A stretch of 35,211 nt of DNA from a virus (Duplodnaviria; Caudoviricetes), in IMG/VR virus record IMGVR_UViG_3300032301_000155, positions 1-35,211 of that record, one strand, 5' to 3'. The notes beneath the pieces are model-generated. The model was not told the DNA's origin, searched no databases, and saw nothing but the letters and a program-made list of their open reading frames with translations. A program made the translations under genes and the position numbers. Shown in pieces: positions 18,789 to 26,474 of the stretch. Within the stretch, counting starts at the first letter, position 1, and every line of letters begins with the position of its first letter.

Positions 18789-19046
18789 TCAATAAGTTCT
18801 GTAGCGGGGCGCGCAGGTCACATCAATCACTACCTCGCTGGTGTAGCCATTGACCTTACGCTTGGAATAGAGCATTACAGCGCGCAAGCCATTGCCTTCG
18901 CACTCGGTTACTCCGTTGATGACTTCATTACGCGATAAAGGCTGAATTACCTTATCTACCTCTAGCCTGGTATTTAACTCGGTGGGCGCGGAAGAACATC
19001 CCGCCAATAAACTAACCAAGGCTGCAGCTGCTATTCGATTCTCCAT
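18789..19046 (-). CDS. putative lipoprotein (85 aa)
   Basis: Start reassigned to MENRIAAAALVSLLAGC, a signal peptide II with lipobox LAGC. The longer track start overlaps the upstream gene heavily. Confidence 0.7.
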   Translation of the reverse strand: MENRIAAAALVSLLAGCSSAPTELNTRLEVDKVIQPLSRNEVINGVTECEGNGLRAVMLYSKRKVNGYTSEVVIDVTCAPRYRTY

Positions 19047-19246
19047 ACTCTCACCCCGTTGCCTTCCCGTCTTGCGACAAACTTCATCCCTGTTAACTTG
19101 CCAATTCGATAGTTGTTGTTGCACATCAATCTGATCCCAACCCCATCTACAAAAAACGATTCCCCGACTTCCATATTCCTATATGGGTACGAATTTCTCT
19201 TTTTGCTTAGTGGTGGTGGTATTTGTTTATCTATTGCTATACTCAT
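19031..19246 (-). CDS. small putative DNA-binding protein; first gene of the leftward operon
   Basis: YPYRNMEVGESFFV...GVRVWRI, a motif common in small phage proteins; AAGGAG RBS. Confidence 0.7.
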   Translation of the reverse strand: MSIAIDKQIPPPLSKKRNSYPYRNMEVGESFFVDGVGIRLMCNNNYRIGKLTGMKFVARREGNGVRVWRIE

Positions 19247-19270
19247 ATCATCACTCCTTTGTTTAACCTA

Positions 19271-19299
19271 ATCATACACGACATGATACACACATACAA
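19271..19299 (-). promoter_or_regulatory. candidate sigma70 promoter for the leftward (terminase) operon
   Basis: Minus strand TTGTAT-N17-TATGAT, 25 nt upstream of ATG 19246. Confidence 0.5.
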
Positions 19300-20002
19300 C
19301 GAATATCATCTAGGCGATCAACTCATTCATCTTCAGTATTTGAGAAGGGTTTGTCAGGAAAACCCCCACTTAAAGTTCACGCACCATTGCAACCCCCAAT
19401 ACCACGCCCAGCTATTACCCTTGTGTGAGGATATGCCTATTAGCTTGCAGGGGTTAAGTATTCCGAGTACCGCTATTAATTCGTGGATCGGCTATAAGAA
19501 CTTCTTTTACAACCATCAAAAGCGTAGAGATTGGGTGGCTTTCCATCTAGACTGGTTCGCCTACCTCTCAGATCGCTTGGAAGCGCCCAACCCCATAGCA
19601 AGCGCTGATGACTTATTGTTTGATTACCCCGCTTTAAACGCACCTACCAGGTATGAGTTTGACTATTTGCTCATTAATTCTTTGCCAGCATCTAACCAGC
19701 TTCCCACTTATACCCACCAATACTGGCAAAAGAGGGTATTAAATCTCACAAACGAGGGGATAAAAGTCGTAACAACCTACCCTACGGGGATGTGTCCATG
19801 CACTCTAGACCACCATTTCACCGTCACCGACATCGGGGTTCTTTCCAAATGTGTGCAGCACATTGAGGCGGTGGACACAGGACCACTCTGGACAACCTTC
19901 AATATCCACAATAAAAACAAAGTGTTAAGCCGAAAGATTTACGGCACAACCTCTGACACCATAGACCTTGCACCGAACACCATCTGCTTTCAAAATCTAT
20001 AA
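19283..20002 (+). CDS. GT9 (ADP-heptose:LPS heptosyltransferase)-like glycosyltransferase
   Basis: N-terminal HLGD and C-terminal VDTGPLW match the GT9 'xIGD' and 'DSGPMH' motifs. Start moved to ATG 19283 to avoid overlap with the divergent gene. Confidence 0.55.
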   Translation: MIHTYNEYHLGDQLIHLQYLRRVCQENPHLKFTHHCNPQYHAQLLPLCEDMPISLQGLSIPSTAINSWIGYKNFFYNHQKRRDWVAFHLDWFAYLSDRLEAPNPIASADDLLFDYPALNAPTRYEFDYLLINSLPASNQLPTYTHQYWQKRVLNLTNEGIKVVTTYPTGMCPCTLDHHFTVTDIGVLSKCVQHIEAVDTGPLWTTFNIHNKNKVLSRKIYGTTSDTIDLAPNTICFQNL

Positions 20003-20312
20003 AAACTGATTTTTTTTCTGGGGGGAGTCAGTTGGGGTGCACGCACATCAACACCCCATGCCCAAATCAAATAGCCAGATAATCATTATCGAGATAATCG
20101 AGATAATCATTATCCCCTATTATGTACATAATGCAAATATATATATTCTCAGAGAGCGCGTTGTAGGTTATCCCCCATTCATTTATCTAATTACCCCTTA
20201 TGTATATATACCTATTATGTATATCACCTATTAGTCATATAGTCATATATTCATATAAGCATATTATCTATATTTGTATATAGTCTATATCTATATATAG
20301 TGGCTCTGATTA

Positions 20313-20356
20313 TGTTTGTTATCTTGTCTATGTATTTAAGTACAAGATGACAAACA
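20313..20356. repeat. 15-bp inverted repeat
   Basis: TGTTTGTTATCTTGT-N14-ACAAGATGACAAACA (14/15 match; the mismatch is a G-U pair on the + strand). Confidence 0.7.
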
Positions 20357-20480
20357 AGAGCTATGCGCTCACTCTGGTCGCGTCTCTGGACTACTCTCAT
20401 CTACTTGTCATCTATTCATCAATTCATGCGTTACACTATTAGCGGGTACTTTTGCCCGCAATAACCTAATGGAGTAAAAA

Positions 20481-21803
20481 ATGACATTTAACCTAATGAG
20501 AGAAAGACAGCGCGGCACAAGCATAAGTAGTCTGCGCTCTGGTATTCGTCGCAATATGGAAGGTAATTGGCGACAAGGACGCGACGGCAGACTTTTAACA
20601 CTTAACTTGGTCTTAGAGCGTCGGCAGCTGCGCGACAACTTAGCAATCAGTCTAAGACATGCAATCATTCGCGGCGACGACAGCGAGGCTCTGGACGCGC
20701 TCAACAACTTGTCCAGTATTCGCGGCTCTTACACAACTTGGAGCGAATGGCTCGAAGATAAATTCGGCGCTACTTATTTTCAATGCTATGACTGCGACAC
20801 TCTGGACATCTGGGATAACTCTCACAATGTGCGCGACGATTACAGGGTTTGCGATTGTTGTGTCGAAAATTATTACTATAGTGAGCGTAACCAATACTAT
20901 GACGACGACGAGGACGACGAGGACGACGACAGCGGGTATTGCAATATCGGCGGCAGACATTCCAGCAAGCACAAGTTGGGTCATATAGCGTCCAGCTTTG
21001 ACACTCGCAAGCCGCGGGTTTTACTGGGACTTGAGTTAGAGATGGAAATATCTCGCGACATGGACATGGACGACAAAGCGGCAGACTTGCTTAATGCTAT
21101 CGGTCATATTGATGGCTCAAAATATTGCTTAATCGAAGAGGACGGCTCTATCGGTCATGGCTTTGAGATGGTTACGGGCTATACGGGTCTGGACATTCAT
21201 AAGCGACAACTCTCATTCTTTAAAAATCGTTTAGTCGGCGCAAAGTCTCACAACACAACAACATGCGGCTTGCATGTACATGTGTGCAAATCTGATATGA
21301 CTATGCTCCATGCCGCCAAAATGATTTTGTTTATCAATGACGAAAAGAACCATTCACTTATCAAAGCAATAGCGCGGCGCGACTCGTCCAGCTGGGCAAA
21401 AGTACACGACAAGCAGAATGACAAGTATTGGCTACACGACGCGATGAAGTACGACAACAAAGCGGCGAAGTTGCGTCATCTGAATTCAGACAGGTACGAG
21501 GCTTTGAATTTTCAAAATGAAAAGACAGTCGAATTCAGAATTTTTAAGGGCACGCTCAAATATTCGACGATTATGGCTTGCTTAGAATTTACCTATTCGA
21601 CATGGTTTTTTAGTCGCGACACAAGCCAGACGCGCTTAACGACAGACGAATTTTTACAATTTATTTGTTTAGAAAATAATCGCCGCGACACTACTTTTTT
21701 ACGCGCTTATCTACTTGAAAAGGGTTTCGTTTTGCCATTTATTAAAAAGCCGCGACCTGAAGTATTCGGCGGCTCTATCAACTCAACAAGCGAGGAAATT
21801 TAA
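20481..21803 (+). CDS. putative amidoligase (COOH-NH2 ligase superfamily)
   Basis: GLELE, EEDGSI..GFEMVT, TCGLHVHV, RYEALN and TVEFRIFKGT motifs; N-terminal CxxC...CxxC and an acidic linker; GGAG RBS. Confidence 0.88.
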   Translation: MTFNLMRERQRGTSISSLRSGIRRNMEGNWRQGRDGRLLTLNLVLERRQLRDNLAISLRHAIIRGDDSEALDALNNLSSIRGSYTTWSEWLEDKFGATYFQCYDCDTLDIWDNSHNVRDDYRVCDCCVENYYYSERNQYYDDDEDDEDDDSGYCNIGGRHSSKHKLGHIASSFDTRKPRVLLGLELEMEISRDMDMDDKAADLLNAIGHIDGSKYCLIEEDGSIGHGFEMVTGYTGLDIHKRQLSFFKNRLVGAKSHNTTTCGLHVHVCKSDMTMLHAAKMILFINDEKNHSLIKAIARRDSSSWAKVHDKQNDKYWLHDAMKYDNKAAKLRHLNSDRYEALNFQNEKTVEFRIFKGTLKYSTIMACLEFTYSTWFFSRDTSQTRLTTDEFLQFICLENNRRDTTFLRAYLLEKGFVLPFIKKPRPEVFGGSINSTSEEI

Positions 21804-21806
21804 TCC

Positions 21807-22826
21807 ATGTGTCTACTTATCACTCAATCACAACATTCGCCAAAATTGTCGAATGAATGGCTTACCGATTTTTACGAAAGCAATTCAGACGGCGTTGGCG
21901 TTATGACAATCGAAAATAGCCAGCTGGTTATCAATAAAATTTTGCCAAAATCGGCCCATGAATTTATTGATTTTTATCGCTCTAACATTGAAGGCCGCGA
22001 CTGCGCTTATCACTTGCGCATGCGCACACACGGCGCGACAGACCTAGAAAATTGTCACCCCTATGAAGTACTCAACAAAGCCGCGCATGGCATAGATTTA
22101 TGGCTTATGCACAATGGTATTTTGGCGACTGGTAATCAAAAGGACATTTCAAAGTCTGATACATGGCACTACATTCGCGACTACTTGCGTCCTATGCTTG
22201 CCAACAATTCAGACTATGCTTTTACGCAAGGGTTTGCCGACATTATTGGTGAGCATATTGGCGCAAGCAATAAATTCGTCTTAATGGACGGCTCTGGTCG
22301 CGTCGCCGTCGTTAATCGCTCTAGTGGGGTTTATTGGGGTGGCTTATGGCTTAGTAATACTTACGCGTGGAGCGCGTCTAAAAGCGTCTCTAAGACACCA
22401 ATTAAGGGTCTTAAAAAGCAAGCCAAACAAGTCAAAGAAAAGCCAGCGGCTCGCGTCCAGTACGCAAAATATCCGAAGTACTGGGGAAATAAGACGGCGA
22501 TTGGTTACATGGACGGCTATGGCTATGACAATGACGACGACGAAAGCGGCGACTACTGGGACTATTTCGACGACATTGAAATTATGCTTTCAGACATGGC
22601 AGAGAATGGCTATAGCAAAGCCGCAAGCGTCTCGCTTAATACTTGCATGGACTTTGTTAATCAATTCGGTCTGGATGCTTTTAATGAAGTCTCTTACATG
22701 GTTTTGGACGGCAACATTGGCGAGGACTGGTACATCAAAGTAATGACCGACGAAATAGCGGCTCGCGAGGCTTTCCCATTTTTAGGGTCTAGCTACTCTG
22801 GAAAGGGTTACCAATATGCAGAATAA
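21807..22826 (+). CDS. class II (Ntn) glutamine amidotransferase
   Basis: N-terminal Met-Cys, NSDGVG, HLRMRTHG, NCHPY, MHNG, SDT; GAGG RBS. Confidence 0.9.
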   Translation: MCLLITQSQHSPKLSNEWLTDFYESNSDGVGVMTIENSQLVINKILPKSAHEFIDFYRSNIEGRDCAYHLRMRTHGATDLENCHPYEVLNKAAHGIDLWLMHNGILATGNQKDISKSDTWHYIRDYLRPMLANNSDYAFTQGFADIIGEHIGASNKFVLMDGSGRVAVVNRSSGVYWGGLWLSNTYAWSASKSVSKTPIKGLKKQAKQVKEKPAARVQYAKYPKYWGNKTAIGYMDGYGYDNDDDESGDYWDYFDDIEIMLSDMAENGYSKAASVSLNTCMDFVNQFGLDAFNEVSYMVLDGNIGEDWYIKVMTDEIAAREAFPFLGSSYSGKGYQYAE

Positions 22827-22911
22827 GCCAACAAAGGACGACATCATCTGCGCCATTATCTTAATTGTGTTTATCCTGCTACTTGTAAACCTAAAGGACT
22901 GTAAGCTATAG
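22816..22911 (+). CDS. 31-aa single-pass membrane peptide MQNKPTKDDIICAIILIVFILLLVNLKDCKL
   Basis: Overlaps the GATase stop by 11 nt; 15-residue hydrophobic core; ends just before the terminator. Confidence 0.55.
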   Translation: MQNKPTKDDIICAIILIVFILLLVNLKDCKL

Positions 22912-22926
22912 CTTCAGAAGGCTCTT

Positions 22927-22950
22927 AAACCCGCTTAGGCGGGTTTTTTT
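22927..22950 (+). terminator. intrinsic terminator
   Basis: AAACCCGC-TTAG-GCGGGTTT running into a T7 tract. Confidence 0.9.
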
Positions 22951-23029
22951 GTGTCTGGTTATACCCAACTATCAACCACACCAAAAAAATCGCTCTATGG
23001 CTCTCTAATCAATTCTGACAACTTATTCC

Positions 23030-23240
23030 TTTATATACATATATGATATTTAATAAAAATAATAATATATCTATGATATTTAATATATATTATTTAATAT
23101 CTATCCATAATCAATAAATAAAATAGTTAGATATACCATTTATTTAATATCTATTATATTTAATAAATATAATATTTATTATATATTATTTATATTATAT
23201 ATAAATTCAGTTTAAAAATTTTAAATTTTTTTTTTAAATT
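23030..23240. other. extremely AT-rich non-coding tract, candidate replication origin/unwinding element
   Basis: Very few G/C over about 210 bp; internal repeats TATGATATTTAATA x2 and ATTATTTAATATCTAT x2; no ORF. Confidence 0.45.
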
Positions 23241-23246
23241 TGTCAA
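23218..23246 (-). promoter_or_regulatory. near-consensus sigma70 promoter firing leftward into the AT-rich tract
   Basis: Minus strand TTGACA-N17-TAAAAT. Confidence 0.6.
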
Positions 23247-23266
23247 GTGCTTAAATTTTGAGCAGC

Positions 23267-23342
23267 CTGTAGAGACGAAAAATAGAAATTGACGCGGGTT
23301 TTTTAATTTCAAACGGGCTGTAGAGTGCAAAAATAGAAATTG
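23267..23342. repeat. two 25-bp direct repeats (22/25 identical, 51-bp period)
   Basis: CTGTAGAGacgAAAAATAGAAATTG (23267-23291) and CTGTAGAGtgcAAAAATAGAAATTG (23318-23342). Confidence 0.85.
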
Positions 23343-23355
23343 TGTACAAGATGAC

Positions 23356-23383
23356 TTGCACATCTTTTAACATTGTGTATACT
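23356..23383 (+). promoter_or_regulatory. sigma70-like promoter for the recombination operon
   Basis: TTGCAC-N16-TATACT, about 40 nt upstream of ATG 23425. Confidence 0.55.
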
Positions 23384-23424
23384 TGTAATCGTAGTACCCA
23401 ATTAACCTAACCGATGGAGAATTT

Positions 23425-23625
23425 ATGAAAGACCAACACGAAGCCCATTTGCGCGCGGTCCTGCGCAATTTGGTAACCCAATGCCGTATCGAGTTTGATG
23501 GCAAAGATTGTTCACCTGATATGGCTTTTGCATTAAATGATGCAGAAGCTACTCTGGACATTCAAAGACCGTTGTATTCATTTGAAGATCAAGATGATTT
23601 GTCTAACATACCTTTTGGGAGATAA
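23425..23625 (+). CDS. hypothetical protein
   Basis: 66 aa; GGAG RBS; ends in an acidic DDLSNIPF tail similar to SSB C-termini. Confidence 0.75.
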   Translation: MKDQHEAHLRAVLRNLVTQCRIEFDGKDCSPDMAFALNDAEATLDIQRPLYSFEDQDDLSNIPFGR

Positions 23626-23627
23626 GC

Positions 23628-24530
23628 ATGGCTAATGATCGAGGAGATTTTGCGCCCGAAGTACGCAATAGTGCCTGGTGGAGTGGTGACTCTCGCAAGG
23701 TTGCTAATGGTCGTGCGGTAGATGCCATACTGCAAAAACAAGGCAAGATGCCAGCACCTGATTTATCAGGGGTAGAGGCTGTCCAGATGGGTCATGTAAT
23801 GCAACCCCTGATTGGCAGATTGTTTCAAGACAAACACCAGATGGAGTTAAAAGATGCTGACTATAGTATTACTCACCCTCGCCATGATTGGTTTCGTAGC
23901 CATTTTGACTTTATTAGCGCTGATGGCTTATCTCTTGTAGAGGCTAAAAACTATAATGCTGCCACCCGAAACAAGTTTGATAGCGATACCAATCGTATTC
24001 CTGCTGCGGATTATGCCCAGTTGGTTCATGAAGCTGCTTGCCATGGTGTGCAAAAGATTTATCTTGCCGTTTTATTTGGTGGTCAAGAATTTCAGACTTT
24101 TGAGTTTGATATTTCGGAAAGTGAAAAAGATGACCTTATCCAAAAAATGGCAGTATTTTGGGCGCATTGCCAGACTGATACTGTGCCAGCTGCAGAAACC
24201 ATTGAGCAAACTAAGCTCATCTACCCTACAGTAACTGAAGGCTCGGTTATGGCTACGCAGCAGATTGAGTTGGCTGTCTCTCAACTTAAAGATGTTAAGC
24301 ATCAAATTAAGCATCTTGAGAGCCTTGAGGAAACTTTAGAAGTACAGATCAGAAACATTCTAGGAGAGCGTTCTGAGCTGGTGACCTACGCTGGTGAGGT
24401 GTTAGCAACTTGGAAGGCTGCAAAGTCCTCTAAACGCTTTTCAGCCACCCTTTTTCAACAGGCAATGCCCGATATTTATGAGAAGTTTGTAATCGAGCAG
24501 CCAGGTTCTCGGAGGTTCTTAGTCAAATGA
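23628..24530 (+). CDS. YqaJ/lambda-exonuclease family recombination nuclease
   Basis: MGHVMQP, SHFDF...LVEAK...YAQL and LAVLFGG motifs; adjacent to a strand-annealing gene. Confidence 0.88.
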   Translation: MANDRGDFAPEVRNSAWWSGDSRKVANGRAVDAILQKQGKMPAPDLSGVEAVQMGHVMQPLIGRLFQDKHQMELKDADYSITHPRHDWFRSHFDFISADGLSLVEAKNYNAATRNKFDSDTNRIPAADYAQLVHEAACHGVQKIYLAVLFGGQEFQTFEFDISESEKDDLIQKMAVFWAHCQTDTVPAAETIEQTKLIYPTVTEGSVMATQQIELAVSQLKDVKHQIKHLESLEETLEVQIRNILGERSELVTYAGEVLATWKAAKSSKRFSATLFQQAMPDIYEKFVIEQPGSRRFLVK

Positions 24531-24616
24531 ACAACATTGATATAGCAATTTGGGTGATGGCTGCATCTGCGGTCATTGATACAGTTTTAACTTTAGCGGA
24601 GATGATCCATGTCTAA
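24527..24616 (+). CDS. 29-aa hydrophobic peptide MNNIDIAIWVMAASAVIDTVLTLAEMIHV
   Basis: ATGA overlap with the YqaJ stop; GGAGG upstream; fills the gap to the RecT-like gene. Confidence 0.55.
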   Translation: MNNIDIAIWVMAASAVIDTVLTLAEMIHV

Positions 24617-25463
24617 CATTGTTAGCTTTAATGAAATGGACCAAATGGCGGGTGCTATTGCAGCATCAGGTTTATTTGGTATGAAGGACAAGAATAGCGT
24701 TCTTGCTCTGATGGCAGTAGCTCAAGCAGAAGGTTTGCACCCCGCTACGGCTGCCAGAGATTTTCACATTATTCAAGGTCGTCCAGCTCTTAAAGCTGAC
24801 GCGATGCTTGCTCGTTTTCAAAATGCAGGTGGAAAAGTAGATTGGAAGGAATACACAGATGAAAAAGTCACAGGAATATTTAGTCACCCAAATGGTGGAG
24901 AGCTTGCTGTTAGTTGGACGATTGAACAGGCAACTCGTATTGGGCTTGTCAAGCCTGGATCAGGTTGGCAAAGGTTTCCCAGGGCTATGCTACGCTCTCG
25001 TTGCATATCTGAAGGTATTAGATCGGTATTCCCAGGAAGTGTTACAGGATTCTACAGCCCAGAAGAAGTCCAAGACTTTGAACCCGCGCCCAAAGACCTC
25101 GGCAAAGTCCAAGAAGTCTCAGTTGCCCCCGTTTCCATTGAAACCATAGAGGAGGACATTCCCGTTCTAGACAATGGCGAGGTTTCTACTCCTAAAGGTA
25201 ATTTAGGAAAGATGTTAAACAAGTACCCTTTATACATCCCTGGAGCAGATGAGCCTTACGCGGTCTATCTAAATACCGAGGATTGGCAAGAGGGATTTTT
25301 TGAAATATCTAAGAAGATTTACGAATCTTCCAAGTATGACGATAAAACAAAGTTGGAAAAACACAATGCTTTGCGTGATGCAAACGAAGCATTTATGAAG
25401 TCGTGGAATGGCACTCATACTGCCAAATTGTTAGAAAAAATTGCTACTTTAAGGAGAAGATAA
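24609..25463 (+). CDS. RecT/Bet-like single-strand annealing protein
   Basis: FHIIQGRPALKADAM, W..FPRAML.SR..S..IR.VFP and G.YSPEE motifs; paired with the exonuclease. Confidence 0.78.
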   Translation: MSNIVSFNEMDQMAGAIAASGLFGMKDKNSVLALMAVAQAEGLHPATAARDFHIIQGRPALKADAMLARFQNAGGKVDWKEYTDEKVTGIFSHPNGGELAVSWTIEQATRIGLVKPGSGWQRFPRAMLRSRCISEGIRSVFPGSVTGFYSPEEVQDFEPAPKDLGKVQEVSVAPVSIETIEEDIPVLDNGEVSTPKGNLGKMLNKYPLYIPGADEPYAVYLNTEDWQEGFFEISKKIYESSKYDDKTKLEKHNALRDANEAFMKSWNGTHTAKLLEKIATLRRR

Positions 25464-25726
25464 TGGCAACTGGACACATAGACAGAATGGGCAGCGGTGT
25501 GCTTTACACCAACGACAAGCGCACCCACGAAAAAGCACCTCAATTTAAAGGTCATTTAATGATTTCTAGGGATTACAAAGCAGGCGAAAAGATCAAAATT
25601 TCCGCTTGGATGTATAACACTCCTAAAGGTCAGCTGGTGAGCCTTTCAGAAGATACTTGGAGACCAGAAGGCGAGCAACAGTACCCTAAAGAAGTTAACC
25701 GCAGGGATGATGAAGTACCGTTCTGA
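25463..25726 (+). CDS. putative small ssDNA-binding protein (87 aa)
   Basis: Start reassigned to ATG 25463 (TAATG coupling, AGGAG RBS); GVLYTND...PQFKG...SAW motif; acidic DDEVPF tail. Confidence 0.65.
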   Translation: MATGHIDRMGSGVLYTNDKRTHEKAPQFKGHLMISRDYKAGEKIKISAWMYNTPKGQLVSLSEDTWRPEGEQQYPKEVNRRDDEVPF

Positions 25727-26109
25727 TGATTGTTTTAAACCTACCTTACCCACCATCAGTTAATAACTACTGGATTGCTAGTGGGCATCGCAGGTTTATC
25801 AGTAAAAGGGGTGTGGAGTTCAAAAACGCGGTAATGGCGTATTGCATTGAATTTCGCACCCCCAATTTTGGCAATCAAGTGGTTTGGGTAGAAATTGTTT
25901 TACATCCTAGAAATAAGCGTTTACAAGATATTGACAATGTTTTAAAGCCAATTTTGGATTCGCTTATTGGAATTGTGTATGACGATGATGTCCAAGTGCA
26001 AAGTTTACAAATTACTCGCGGTCAAGCAATTAAAAACGGTGGTTGTCGGGTAATGATTGATGTATACCCTCCCAGTTCAGGGGAGAGTTCTCTCACAGAG
26101 AACCGTTAG
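25726..26109 (+). CDS. rusA: RusA-like Holliday junction resolvase
   Basis: LPYPPSVNNYW and DIDNVLKPILDSL...YDDDVQV motifs. Confidence 0.93.
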   Translation: MIVLNLPYPPSVNNYWIASGHRRFISKRGVEFKNAVMAYCIEFRTPNFGNQVVWVEIVLHPRNKRLQDIDNVLKPILDSLIGIVYDDDVQVQSLQITRGQAIKNGGCRVMIDVYPPSSGESSLTENR

Positions 26110-26170
26110 GTGTGATGCGCCAGCCATCTACTGAGCAAGCTGGCACTAATTAATTTAACAGGGGATAAGG

Positions 26171-26341
26171 ATGGTTAACAACGAAACTTGTAAATGCAAA
26201 CCACTTACTACGGATATGATTGCAAGGGTTTTTATTGATCATGTCAACACTTATAAAAATGTTGATGTGGATAGAGACGATTATTTTGATTTTGCAAGAG
26301 CGATTGAAAAAGCAATTAGAGGAGAAAATAATGCCGATTAA
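26171..26341 (+). CDS. 56-aa hypothetical protein (KPLT...FARAIE)
   Basis: AGGGGATAAGG RBS; MVNNETCKCKPLTTDMIARVF...DFARAIEKAIRGENNAD; not in the ORF track. Confidence 0.7.
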   Translation: MVNNETCKCKPLTTDMIARVFIDHVNTYKNVDVDRDDYFDFARAIEKAIRGENNAD

Positions 26342-26474
26342 ATCTGTGTTTTGGCACATCTTACAAAGAGAAATTGCCTATCGTAAGCGTGTCAATAAAG
26401 AACACCGCACCAATATGTTTACCATTCACAAGGTAAAAAAAGACATTGTGGTGGTTAAAGTAACTCCTGTGTAA
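26331..26474 (+). CDS. 47-aa basic hypothetical protein (MPIKSVFWHILQREI...)
   Basis: GAGGAG RBS before ATG 26331; corresponds to the 3' part of track ORF 26220..26474. Confidence 0.6.
   Translation: MPIKSVFWHILQREIAYRKRVNKEHRTNMFTIHKVKKDIVVVKVTPV

Noticed and set aside
20037-20234. 65-aa Ile/Tyr-rich ORF
   Set aside because: Product of a low-complexity AT-rich tract with no convincing RBS.
22324-22743. 139-aa alternative-frame ORF inside the GATase gene (similarly 20659-20988)
   Set aside because: Explained by biased GAC/GGC codon use that removes stops from other frames; no start signals.
26220-26474. 84-aa ORF as given in the track
   Set aside because: Better explained as two genes with strong RBSs: 26171-26341 and 26331-26474.
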